DNA from: an uncultured Gammaproteobacteria bacterium
GTDB taxonomy: Bacteria > Patescibacteriota > Microgenomatia > Levybacterales > GWA1-39-11
Reading direction: 5' to 3'
Assembly (NCBI GenBank): GCA_964504535.1
Contig: CAZDED010000003.1
Span: 6,850-70,849, forward strand
Length of the DNA: 64,000 nt
Position numbers and translations under genes: made by a program
Notes under the pieces: generated by a model
What the model was told of the DNA's origin: nothing
Seen by the model: only the letters and a program-made list of their open reading frames with translations
The model's database searches: none
Shown: piece by piece, positions 21,001 through 27,322 of the stretch
Position numbering within the stretch: position 1 is the stretch's first letter
Layout: every line of letters starts with the position of its first letter

Positions 21001-23837
21001 GTACCTGAAATATAATTAAGACTAAGACCCGTGCCATTGCCTATTAATATCTGCCCAGGTAATGCCCCAGACGTATCAAGACCTGTACCTCCACGAGCAG
21101 GAGTGAGTTGCGCGATAGTTGAAAATACTCCAGATGAATTATTGATAACAACTCCATCTGTTGCAAAGCTTGAAACAGTCAATGCTCCATTTGCTGAGAG
21201 ATTTGTGAACGCACCGGTTGAAGGAGTGGTAGTACCGATAGCAGTACTGTTAATTCCCGTTGCTGTAGTGTTGAAATTGCCGGATGTGATGAGTAAATTA
21301 TTTACTCCAGTTGAAATACTTGAGCCCGATAGGCCTGACAAATTAAGAGTACCTGCAGTAGCTGTAAGATTGAGAGTTCCTGTTGTTACTGTAAAACCAT
21401 TTGAAGCAGTGAGTGTTCCGGCTGACGTGATGGTGCCCGCACCTGTTGTCAATATATTTCCTGTTGTCGAAAGTATTCCATTCTCATTTATGGTGAGAGT
21501 AGTAACACCACCTGATTGCACCGTAAGAGCATTTTGAATAGCAGCATTTGTATCGTTAATAACAAGTGCCGATGAAGCAGTACCTGCATTTGTTAGTGTT
21601 AATGCACGTGCACTATCTGAAGCCAATGTGAAATCGATATTTCCCAAAGAGTCAGAAGCACTTATTGTATTGCCAGAGTTATACGCAAGCTGCAAAGAAA
21701 TTCCACCAGCATTTGCAGGACATTGTGTTATCTCATTGCTGATGTTGTCACGGCAAAGAGTAGTAGCACTTACTCCTGGCGCTGGAAGAGTGAGAAGACG
21801 AGTTATATTTGAAAGCACGATCTGCCCGGTGCCATTTGGCGAAATGGTGAAGTCCTCATTTGCTAACGTAGAGATATCAACCGCCGCACCAGAAAAAGTA
21901 AGTCCTGTTGCGCCTATTGTTTTATTTGTTAGTGTTTGTGTTTCGTTGGCAAAAACGAAAGTATCATCAGAAGACAAAGCAGGAAGGGTTGCAATCCGTG
22001 ATGCAGAGGGTGCAGGAGAGGTGATGGTCGTTGTATTGCCTGATCCTAGGACTATTTGGTTTGTTGCGGCTTGAGCTGTCAATGTGGTTGCCGAGACGAT
22101 AGTCCCAGCACCGGTTGTCAGAATATTTCCAGATGTTGATAGGGTGTCCCCTGCAGTTGTCGGCGTGAGGGTTGTAGTTCCATTATTTCTGGTGAAAAAA
22201 CCTACTGTTCCTGAAGTATCAGTTGTTGTAATAGTACCAGAACATACAAGATTGCCAGTAGCGTCATCAACAGTGCATCCCGTTGAACCTGATCCTCCCG
22301 CCAAAGAAACATCCCCATCAGACGCAATTAGGAGCGCTTGCGCTCCTGAGGTTGTATTATATATCGTGAACTGCGATGTATCCGCGTTCAGAGAAAAGTC
22401 CGACTCACCCACATCACTATCCACAAAAAATACGGATGGATCGGAGTTGGCGATAGTTATATCTCCTCCTGCTGTAGTTGTACCGGTGAGATAAAGATTT
22501 CTGTAGCGCCTTAGAGCTGAACCAAGATCATATGTGTCATCAGCACTCGGACCGATACTTCCTGCAACTTCAAGTCTGAAAGGATTTCCATCAGCATCAA
22601 GATCATCAGGAGCAACGCCGATACCAACTCGTCCATTTGGAACCGTAACAAGCCCGGCACCAATCGTTGCGGTATCAAGCGCTGAGCCGATGTTGATGAT
22701 GTCTGCAATCGTATTGTCGGTTGCGATATTTATTACATTTCCAGATGTGCCGGTACCGACATTGATGATTTTTGCATTATTACCCGTTCCGAGATTGACT
22801 GTTCCTGTAGTGCCACTATCTAGTGTCAATGAACTGGCAGCAGCCGAAAGCACAGATCCGGCTCCACTAAAACTCAGGGTTGTTCCTCCAATGTTGAAAC
22901 TATTTGTAACACCATTAACAGACGTTAATGTCGATGCAAGCTGGATATTTGCCTCTCCGGCAGGACTCTCAGTAACGTCAAAATCACCACCAAGAAAATC
23001 AAGCGCATTAATCACATTTGAAACCACCACATCATTCTCTTTGATGGTTGCAACAGCAAATGAAGTGATGTTTGTCCATGAAGGAACACCGGTGCCATCT
23101 ACAGTTAGAAATTGCCCTGTCGTACCGATAGGCAACCCAGCGAGGACGTCAGCGGAAGCAGCATACAAAAGATCACCGGTTGCATATGTTGAAAGCCCGG
23201 TACCGCCGACACTAACACTGATAAGCCCGGTTTTGATTGCTTCTCCAGCAACAGATCCACCTGACCCGATGGTAATTGTATTTGCAATATCTGGATCCGT
23301 GAGACATGAAGAACAGTGACCGCGTGCAACAAGAGTTTCAAGCGTCGTTATGTCAGATATTGTGAGATCGGTTATCTGTATACCATCCCCCGCAACAAGC
23401 TCAATATCCCCAGTCTGACCCTGAAAAGAAGTGACTCCACTAGCATCAACTGAGATCGTAGGAGATTGAGGATCACCACTCAACGTTACGTTTTCACCGG
23501 CAGTAAGACTATAAACAACATTTGGCGCAGTGATATTTCCCTTAAACAAGCTTGTACCTTCAACCAACAGGTTCTTTCTAACAGTTAGATTTTCGCGGCT
23601 AACAACTGGAAGTCCGAAAATAACGCTTCCCGTAAGCTTAAGCTTGCTTGTCTGAGCTCCCAGAACTTCAGGTGTTTCGGTAGCAACTTCAGTCGTTTGT
23701 GCTATTTTTGGGGCTGAATTCTTAATGAGCTGTTGGCGGGCAAATACTCCTCCAACAAACAAAAGAGAGGCGAGTGCGCCTAGAAAAAGTGTTCTTTTAC
23801 TTGGTTTGAGGTAAGCAAATTGAAAAAATAATCTCAT
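1..23837 (-). CDS. Giant repetitive secreted or surface-anchored protein. The start codon is inside the window and the 3' end runs past window position 1, so at least about 7,945 codons are visible.
   Basis: ATG at 23837 on the minus strand (cat at 23835-23837 on plus). I hand-translated about 5 kb downstream of the start and found no stop. Spot checks at 60-120 and 12810-12900 are in the same frame, with codons starting at plus positions that are 0 mod 3. The N-terminus MRLFFQFAYLKPSKRTLFLGALASLLFVGGVFA looks like a signal/anchor peptide. The body has degenerate repeats such as NVAYKNQNNNFTVGQTIGG...GGINNNTGGITNTGAITGATNITASGT, recurring Cys-pair motifs (LCRDNISNEITQCPANA) and AIGTTTPSTG motifs. 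Every plus-strand ORF in the track between 109 and 23319 is in one frame and is hydrophobic V/P/I/L-rich, which is what antisense of this gene would give. Confidence 0.8.
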   Translation of the reverse strand, partial: MRLFFQFAYLKPSKRTLFLGALASLLFVGGVFARQQLIKNSAPKIAQTTEVATETPEVLGAQTSKLKLTGSVIFGLPVVSRENLTVRKNLLVEGTSLFKGNITAPNVVYSLTAGENVTLSGDPQSPTISVDASGVTSFQGQTGDIELVAGDGIQITDLTISDITTLETLVARGHCSSCLTDPDIANTITIGSGGSVAGEAIKTGLISVSVGGTGLSTYATGDLLYAASADVLAGLPIGTTGQFLTVDGTGVPSWTNITSFAVATIKENDVVVSNVINALDFLGGDFDVTESPAGEANIQLASTLTSVNGVTNSFNIGGTTLSFSGAGSVLSAAASSLTLDSGTTGTVNLGTGNNAKIINVGTGTSGNVINIATDNTIADIINIGSALDTATIGAGLVTVPNGRVGIGVAPDDLDADGNPFRLEVAGSIGPSADDTYDLGSALRRYRNLYLTGTTTAGGDITIANSDPSVFFVDSDVGESDFSLNADTSQFTIYNTTSGAQALLIASDGDVSLAGGSGSTGCTVDDATGNLVCSGTITTTDTSGTVGFFTRNNGTTTLTPTTAGDTLSTSGNILTTGAGTIVSATTLTAQAATNQIVLGSGNTTTITSPAPSASRIATLPALSSDDTFVFANETQTLTNKTIGATGLTFSGAAVDISTLANEDFTISPNGTGQIVLSNITRLLTLPAPGVSATTLCRDNISNEITQCPANAGGISLQLAYNSGNTISASDSLGNIDFTLASDSARALTLTNAGTASSALVINDTNAAIQNALTVQSGGVTTLTINENGILSTTGNILTTGAGTITSAGTLTASNGFTVTTGTLNLTATAGTLNLSGLSGSSISTGVNNLLITSGNFNTTATGINSTAIGTTTPSTGAFTNLSANGALTVSSFATDGVVINNSSGVFSTIAQLTPARGGTGLDTSGALPGQILIGNGTGLSLNYISGTSNQVNVVNGSGTIVLSTPQDIAATSSPTFASQSLSNTSNQLTLGAAGNTLVINANSQSAPRTATIPALSASDTFVFANETQTLSNKTIGSTGLIFSGATTDITTASNEDLTLSASGIGQIVLSNTVRLGSLPSAGVAATTLCRDNISNEITQCPANASNVSLQLAYDSGNTLTTSANRNIDFTLGSGLSTSLLLTNVGTASAFVINDTSGSVNNSLVIQSSGSATLTINETGLLSTAGNILTTGTGSILSATTLTAQAATNQVVLGSGNTTTISSIAPAAPRVATLPALAVDDTFIFAQQTQTLTNKTIGTTGLVFLGAATDISTLSNEDFTITPDGTGQIVLSNITRLENLPVSGVAATTLCRDNSSHQITECPANAANISLQLAYEAGNTISATDAFGDISLTLAALSSRALTLTNAGTASSALVINDTNAANQNGIEVQSNGSTTLTVNENGNLTTAGVLTSQAVTNQLVLGTTNTTTINSVAPAAARIATIPGLTANDTFIFANQSQTLTNKLLTDNSITFQNSGDNTKQFLFDLSQITTGTLRTISIPDYDGTVCLTVGNCAGAGGVVGGAGTLNRLAKFTVTGSNIGDSNFTDDGTTITSLTAFNVGDQTGTDTLSLLRLATSTSGATLNNSNLLSLQGSYWNGASSNNLTFSLQNQILTTAPTYQLAFVNNAGDNAATLSYAGNLGLAATTNQISLGTINTTTINSPAPGAPRIATLPALTFDDTFIFAAQTQTLTNKTIGASGLVFSGAANDIITVSNEDLTLTPNGTGQIVLSNIARLENLPVAGVAATTLCRDDSSHQITECPANAANISLQLAYEAGNTISATDGEGNIDFTLADLSSRQFLLTNAGTGSAAFVINDTNASIQNALSIQSSGSATLTISENGNLITTGSVTSSSLSTGAITATGSLTFNGVGTDITTVSNQDLTITPDGTGQIVLSNITKLLNLPTAGLSATTLCRDDISNEITECPANAANISLQLAYEAGNTISATDSEGNIDFTLADLSSRQFLLTNAGTGSAAFVINDTNASVQDVFQAQSSGAATLTISENGNLTSIGNLSTSGNILTTGTGTITSAGLLTASNGITVTTGAVNVTGTSGALNLSGLSASSLQFGGNNLLIGAANLSVTATGINSTAIGATTPSTAVFTGLTANTSVTITPFNTAGVIINNASGVLATEQQLAPLRGGTGVDASAAPNGALLIGNGSGFSLNTITGTSNQVLVTNGSGTIALSLPQDIAATSSPTFASLNLTNSTNQIVLGTTNTTTITSIAPVASRFATIPALTADDTFVFANQTQTLSNKSIGSTGLIFSGAATDITTNSNEDLTLSPDGTGQIVLNTITRIPNLSGTVGFSVVCRNGLNEFSVCSSNALNVTLQQAYNSGNTIVANDLHGNIDFTLADLSSRQFLLTNAGTGSAAFVINDTNASVQNALAIQSSGSATLTISENGNLSTIGNLLTTSGGTITSNGLLTASNGLTVTAGAVNITGTSGAIVLTGLGASTFDAGANALTFTSSNFTTTATGINNTAIGVTTPSTGNFTTLTTTGNASFSGNLTLAGAPRSIQTTDFNTLTIGGNTTGLVQIAGNTDITGLLSVQGAATFNNNISQVGTGTFSTGTGAVSLNGNTSVTGSNTFTVGTGATTLGSTLDVAGLATFNGGLTISTGNTLLASGAAVFAPSTGNNVVFNTSATERIQINGLQTQNGNTLCLDVSNNLAFCNGAPFGLQAAYNTGNTITTTPGRNLAFTLGQDQTTSLTLTNLGTASAFIINDNNANTNTSLEIQSSGSATLTINELGNLTTSGNIATTGTGTITSNALLTASNGLTVTTGAVSLTGTSGLLNLTGLSSSTLQFGGNDLLVGAANINVTATGINGTVIGATTPAAATFTNLTTTGAASISGNLTLAGAPRSIQTTEFNTLTIGGDTTGEITISPLNGVGNLNINALTILNGNTSVTGANTFTVGTGLTTLGGALTVNGISTFNNNITQVGAYTFSTGTGNVSLNGNTSVTGSNTFSVGTGATTLGSTLDVAGISTFNGNVTVTNGNSFDASGSAVFTPSNGNNIVFNTSATERIQINGLQTQNGNTLCLDTSFNLVYCNGAPFGLQAAYNTGNTITTTEDRNIAFTLGLDLGTSLTLENQGTASAFLINDTSGSVNTALEIQSSGSATLTINELGNLTTSGNIATTGTGAITSAGLLTASNGLTLTTGAINLTATSGVLSLSGLSASSINAGVNNLLITSGNFTATATGINSTAIGATTPSTGAFTTLSSTGTTNLGTSGASDVNIATTGTGNVAIGNATGTFAVTSNGGLNVSTLGALTGVISLDTIGVTATDLTFAGVGTISATGANSLTLDTGTTGDINIGIGNSAKTIYIGTGAGGNVINIATNDTLADIVNIGSALDTINLLGEVTANDFTSSGVTITGGTINGTSVGATVRSTGAFTTLAANSTVLIENLTTSSGTALCIDSFDNIIKCSIGSGTGTLQSSYNNGNTILTNDGRNVAITLAPGLNLPTSFTIENQSTASAFIVNDTSAGGSGTFIDLQSNGASTLKISEAGVIYLAGNNTSDISTLVGGTDITVNPASSTVAATGGNLRLIAGTTTAGGSTGGSVTINAGAGASANGVINLGTLTTGNTVNIGTDNTSPDVINIGSSTDTVSIAGAVTANNFSSSNAVITGGSIDNTPIGNTTRSSGKFTTLAANSTVTIENLVTVVGSPLCTNGDDEVVLCDVGSSAGTLQSSYDNGNTILTTSGRNIDFTLASGLNAATSLTLTNEGTASAFIINDNNAAPNQVALEIQSGGNRRLTIDESGNASTSGYISSSNSIQTIGSGTITSANGLFVTAGGASINGGINNNTGGITNTGAITGATSITASGTIQGDILNAVSSIQTNGTQRVDSSGNLVNIGTVASGAITTTGTLTFSGVSTDITTVSNQDLTLLANGSGQIVLNDTVRIPVLAGVQGFTVLCQNVTNELSQCDPTAFGVTLQSAYNGGNTILTTAGKNIDFTLDSGLTTQFRLSNAGSANAFVINDTNVGSGGIAFEIQSASSSALTITELGTISTSGNIATTGTGTITSAGALTVSAGGASITGGINNNNGGITNTGAITGATNITASGTTTSDTINAITEFQLNGTSINVGGTLSNVAYLDRANVFSNTNTFSSAAPLTLSNSAPDITLATAGNNGVLRIRDAEGSPNTLLTLTDNGTVGNLAITGTINAVLGLQLNGTNINTTGTLTNVAYKGQNNNFTVGQTIGGALTVTTGGASITGGINNNNGGITNTGAITGATNITASGTTQTDILNAITAIQLNGVNINTGGTLTNVAYLDTANTFTLGQTINSGGITVVAGGASITGGINNNTGGITNTGAIAGATTIAASGVVTLSGASPLTLSNTTPIITLGAGNAAGTLTIKDSNGTPNTLLTLVDNGTVATLTVGTINATSALQLNGANINTANTLTNVAYKNQSNTFTAGQTITTGGLAISAGGLDVTGGINNNTGGITSTGAIAGATTIDASGVVTLSNASPLTLSDSAPVITLATAGTNAVLTINDAEGSPNTLLTLTDTGTVGNLAVTGSINAGTGILLNGTNINTTGTLTNVAYKGQNNNFTVGQTIGGALTVTTGGASITGGINNNNGGITNTGAITGATNITASGTVQGDIINAVTALQLNGTDINTAGILTNVAYKNQSNTFTAGQIISSGGLSVTGGINNNNGGITNTGSVGSATTIDASGLVTLSNSTPLALTATTSAITLAAAGTNGTLTIRDAEGSPNTLLTLTDTGTVGNLSVSGTINAVGGYLLNGTNINTTGTLSNVAYKGQNNNFTVGQTIGGALTVTIGGASITGGINNNSGGITSTGAISGATTIDASGVVTLSGASPLTLSNAAPVVTLATIGVDGVLTITDAQGSPNTLLTLTDNGTNATLAVANINATTGFLLNGTNINVGTTLSNVAYLDQANIFAIGQTINTGGLTINAGGANITGGINNQNGGITNTGAITGATNITASGTIQGATINATSVFQLNGTSINTTGTLTNVAYKGQNNNFTAAQNIAGTVTITGAATDITTGSNEDLTLVANGTGVINLNDTVQIPTLASPDGSTALCRNAGNYLAACAPNSNGVTLQLAYDAGNTILTSSGRNIDFTLYDEDTDTGTATSFTVMNAGSAPAFVINDVRTGSSGVAFEIQSASSSALTISELGTITTSGNIATTGTGTITSAGALTVSAGGASITGGINNNTGGITNAGAISGATTIGASGLVTLSAASPLTFSNTNPIVTLGAGNANGVLTIKDSAGSPNTLLTLTDAGTVGNLSVTGTINAGTGYLLNGTNINTAGTLSNVAYLNQANIFTAGQTITTGGLAIQAGGADITGGINNNTGGITNTGAISGATNITASGTTQTDILNAITAIQLNGTNINTAGTLSNVAYKNQSNTFTAAQIISAGGLSVVGGINNNNGGIINTASISGATTIDASGVVTLSGANPLALTNGTPNISLATAGVDGVLTIKDAEGSPNTLLTLTDNGTVGNLSVTGTINAAGGFLLGGTNINTTGTLTNVAYKGQDNNFTVGQTIGGLLTVTTGGASITGGINNNTGGITNAGAISGATTIGASGLVTLSAASPLTFSNTNPIVTLGAANANGTLTIKDSNGSPNTLLTLTDTGSTGNLSVTGSVNAGTTLQIGGVDINTAGTLTNVAYQNQSNTFTALQTITTGGLTIQAGGADITGGINNNTGGITNTGAIAGATNITASGTIQGATINATSVFQLNGTDINTTGTLSNVAYKGQNNNFTVGQTIGGLLTVTTGGADITGGIVNNAGGITNTGAIAGATTIAASGTVTLSSGSPLTLSNTTPIITIGAGNSAGVLTIKDSNGAPNTLLTLTDNGTIATLAVANINATTAFLLNGTNINTTGTLSNVAYKGQDNNFTVGQTIGGLLTVTTGGANISGGIDNNAGGITNTGAITGATNITASGTIQGATLNATNDIQTNGVTRLDVIGNLTNINTISSGAITTSGVLTFNGVATDITTGTNEDLTLAPNGTGEILLNNYVQVATLSAMTGYTAVCRNASNQLASCAANATAVTLQQAYDAGNTIVTTTGRNIDFTLDTGLTTQFTLTNAGSANAFVINDTNAGTGGIALDVQSAGVSKLTISELGNVSTSGNITTTGTGTITSAGALTVNSGGAYLKGGINNNSGGIINTGSITGITNLTASGTATLTGVSPLTLSNANPNIRLATAGTDGTLTISDAEGSPNTLLTLTDNGTVGTLSVGTVNASTGFTLGGTDINTTGTLTNVAYKGQNNNFTVGQTIGGLLTVTTGGVTVTAGGANISGGINNNSGGITNAGAISGATTIGASGTVTLSSAAPVTLTNSAPDITLGAGDANGTLSVKDSAGSPNTLLTLVDNGTDATLSVGTVNALSALQLNGANINTAGTLTNVAYQNQSNTFTVGQTISTGGLTISAGGASITGGINNHTGGITNTGAITGATNITASGTIQGATINATSVIQLAGTDINTAGTLTNVAYQNQSNTFTVGQTISTGGLTISAGGANITGGIANNTGGITAAGAIAGATTIDASGTVTLSGASPLTFSNTNPIVTLGAGNAAGTLTIKDSNGSPNTLLTLTDNGTTATLAVANINATTAFLLNGTSINTTGTLSNLAYKGQDNNFTVGQTIGGALTVTTGGASITGGINNNTGGITSAGAISGATTIDASGTVTLSSANPLTLSNNTPTLTLATAGNNGVFTIKDAEGSPNTLLTLTDNGTNGTLTVANINATTALQFNGTNINTTGTLSNVAYKGQNNNFSTAQTIGGLLTVSSGGASITGGINNNAGGITSAGAISGATNITASGTIQGGTLDATTSVQTSGTDRIDASGNLVNIGTISSGAITTTGTLTFDGVTTDITTGTNEDLTLTPNGTGQIILSNLTQVTTLGTNGTTALCRNASNQIASCNAATATLQTAYDNGNTITTTTGRNIAFTLAGGLGSPTSFTLTNAGTANALILNDTAAGTGGIAINVKSNGTSTLTVDELGDITTSGNIATTGTGTITSAGLLTAVNGASISAGLDNNLGGITNAGAISGATNITATGTIEGDIINAVSAFQLNGVDINTAGTLSNVAYKNQNNNFTVGQTIGGLLTVSTGGASITGGINNNTGGITNTGAISGATTIAASSTVTLSSASPLTLSNASPIITLATAGTNGVLSIRDAEGSPNTLLTLTDYGNGGSLSVSTISATTSLQLNGVDVNTAGTLSNVAYKNQNNNFTVGQTINGLLTVSSGGASINGGINNNTGGITNAGAISGATNITASGTIQGATLNGTSVIQLNGVDINTAGTLSNVAYQNQQNTFSQNNIFSNASPVTFADNSPIITLATVGNNGVLTIKDAEGSPNTLLTLTDAGTVGNLSISGTVDAVSGFLLNGTNINTTGTLSNVAYKGQNNNFTVGQTIGGLLTVSSGGASITGGINNNTGGITNAGAISGATNITASGTVTLSGASPLSFTNAAPTAILGTAGVDSTLTINDGDANTLFTLTDAGTVGNLSLSGTVNATAGFLFNGTNINTTGTLSNVAYKGQDNNFTTGQTVAGALTVTSGGASITGGINNNNGGVTNTGAITGATNITASGTTQTDILNAITAIQLNGTSINTAGTLSNVAYQNQANTFTATNTFSSASPLVLSNTNPILTLGAGNAAGTLTVADSNGSPNTLLTVVDNGTVGTLSVATVNALTNVQTNGTTRIDSSGNLTNIGTVASGAITTTGTLTFNGVSTDITTGTNENLTLTPNGSGQIILSNLTQLSSLGTNGTTALCRNGSDQISTCNTNVNAVTLQDAYESGNTISATDNEGNIDFTLANLNSRQFTLTNAGTGSAALVINDTNASLQNALQIQSSGSATLAINENGNLTTSGNLTTTGTGTITAANGFVATAGGANITGGINNNTGGITNTGAITGATNITASGTVQTDVLNAITAIQLNGLNINTAGTLTNVAYLNQANVFSNTNTFSNASPIILSDTNP

Positions 23838-24269
23838 AGCCTCAAAAAGAAGGCTAACACTGTTAAGAAATGACTGAAAAGAACTTATAGTTTTTGGGGA
23901 ATTTGAAATAATAGTTGCCCGTGCCTCGCCAGCCTTGACTAGCTTTGTCAGATCCTCTTCCTGGTATTGGAGTTCTCCTTTTTCGTCGACAATTGGGGTT
24001 AAAGAATGGAGGTCGCAGAGGTACACAAGGGTTTCAACTGAAACACCAAGCTTACGAGCTGCCTGTTTTAATGTTAATAATTTCATTGACGAGTTTTGAC
24101 TATCGCGTATATATAAAACGGGTGTATATCTAATGTATCTATTTTTGCTAAAACTAGTCAACGTACGTTAATGATAGGTACTGTAACAAACTGTACTGTT
24201 TTTTATAAAAAAAATTTTTGCTTGTGAAAGGACACAAAAAAACGAAAAAAAGGCTGATATAGAAAGTAA

Positions 24270-24470
24270 TAGAATGAATCAGTGGACTGGAACCATATCA
24301 AATATTAAAAAACATGGTATATTTCACGAAAACTTTTCACGAAAATTAATCTCATAGTTATTGGAAAACAAATTTAGAAAAATCTTTTTTTTAAAAATGC
24401 AGAAAAAAGTATTTCATTTTTAAAAATTTTCACAAATTGTTTTCACGGAGTACTGTATTTTGAGGCTAAA
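24270..24470 (-). promoter_or_regulatory. AT-rich leader upstream of the giant gene with four TTTCAC(G/A) direct repeats at 24322-24345 and 24427-24449. Possible transcription-factor sites or promoter elements.
   Basis: There are 735 bp of non-coding AT-rich sequence between the 3' end of atpC (24573) and the giant-gene start (23837). The repeated motifs are atttcacgaaaa, ttttcacgaaaa, ttttcacaaa and ttttcacgga. Confidence 0.25.
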
Positions 24471-24572
24471 TATATTTATGCGTAAACAAATAAATTGATA
24501 TAACAGTAAAAACTATATTTATGATTATAAAAATAGTACGCGTAATAAATTAGCTTGATTTGAAGCTCCAAA

Positions 24573-24848
24573 CTATTTGGTGTCCATGAAGAGAACTTCG
24601 ATTCCTAAGAAGATATTGGCACTGTCCTGCTTAACTTTCATGACAGCTTGCTCAAATTTTAGCTCTTTTACCTTTTCATGGTTATCGTAAAGAACTAACT
24701 CTTGGCGAATGATAGAGATAAAGTTAGCGTGCATAGGATAGATATCGAAAGGACCAACCTCGTTAAATGAGCTTATCCTTTCAACCTCACCTTCAAAAAT
24801 GATATTTTCTGTGTCTCTTATTTTGACTTTGAACTTCTTGTCGGCCAT
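24573..24848 (-). CDS. atpC: F-type ATP synthase epsilon subunit (short; N-terminal beta-sandwich domain)
   Basis: 91 aa, MADKKFKVKIRDTENIIFEGEVERISSFNEVGPFDIYPMHANFISII. It is in epsilon-like register and lies immediately downstream of the beta subunit, as in canonical atp operons. Confidence 0.7.
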   Translation of the reverse strand: MADKKFKVKIRDTENIIFEGEVERISSFNEVGPFDIYPMHANFISIIRQELVLYDNHEKVKELKFEQAVMKVKQDSANIFLGIEVLFMDTK

Positions 24849-24857
24849 AGGATTTTT

Positions 24858-27319
<2,462 letters not shown>

Positions 27320-27322
27320 AAG

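Noticed and set aside
109-23319. Dozens of 60-260-aa plus-strand ORFs, for example 109-408, 2671-3192, 13897-14580 and 22534-23319
   Set aside because: All are in one frame and V/P/I/L-rich. They are antisense to a single continuous minus-strand ORF that has the real start, a signal peptide and coherent repeats. No independent signal supports them.
23945-24133. 62-aa plus-strand ORF in the AT-rich leader
   Set aside because: No ribosome-binding site and random-looking composition. It lies in a non-coding regulatory region.
24520-24572. Terminator after atpC
   Set aside because: Only weak 5-bp pairing (AGCTT/AAGCT) and a TACGCGTA palindrome, with no convincing stem plus U-tract.
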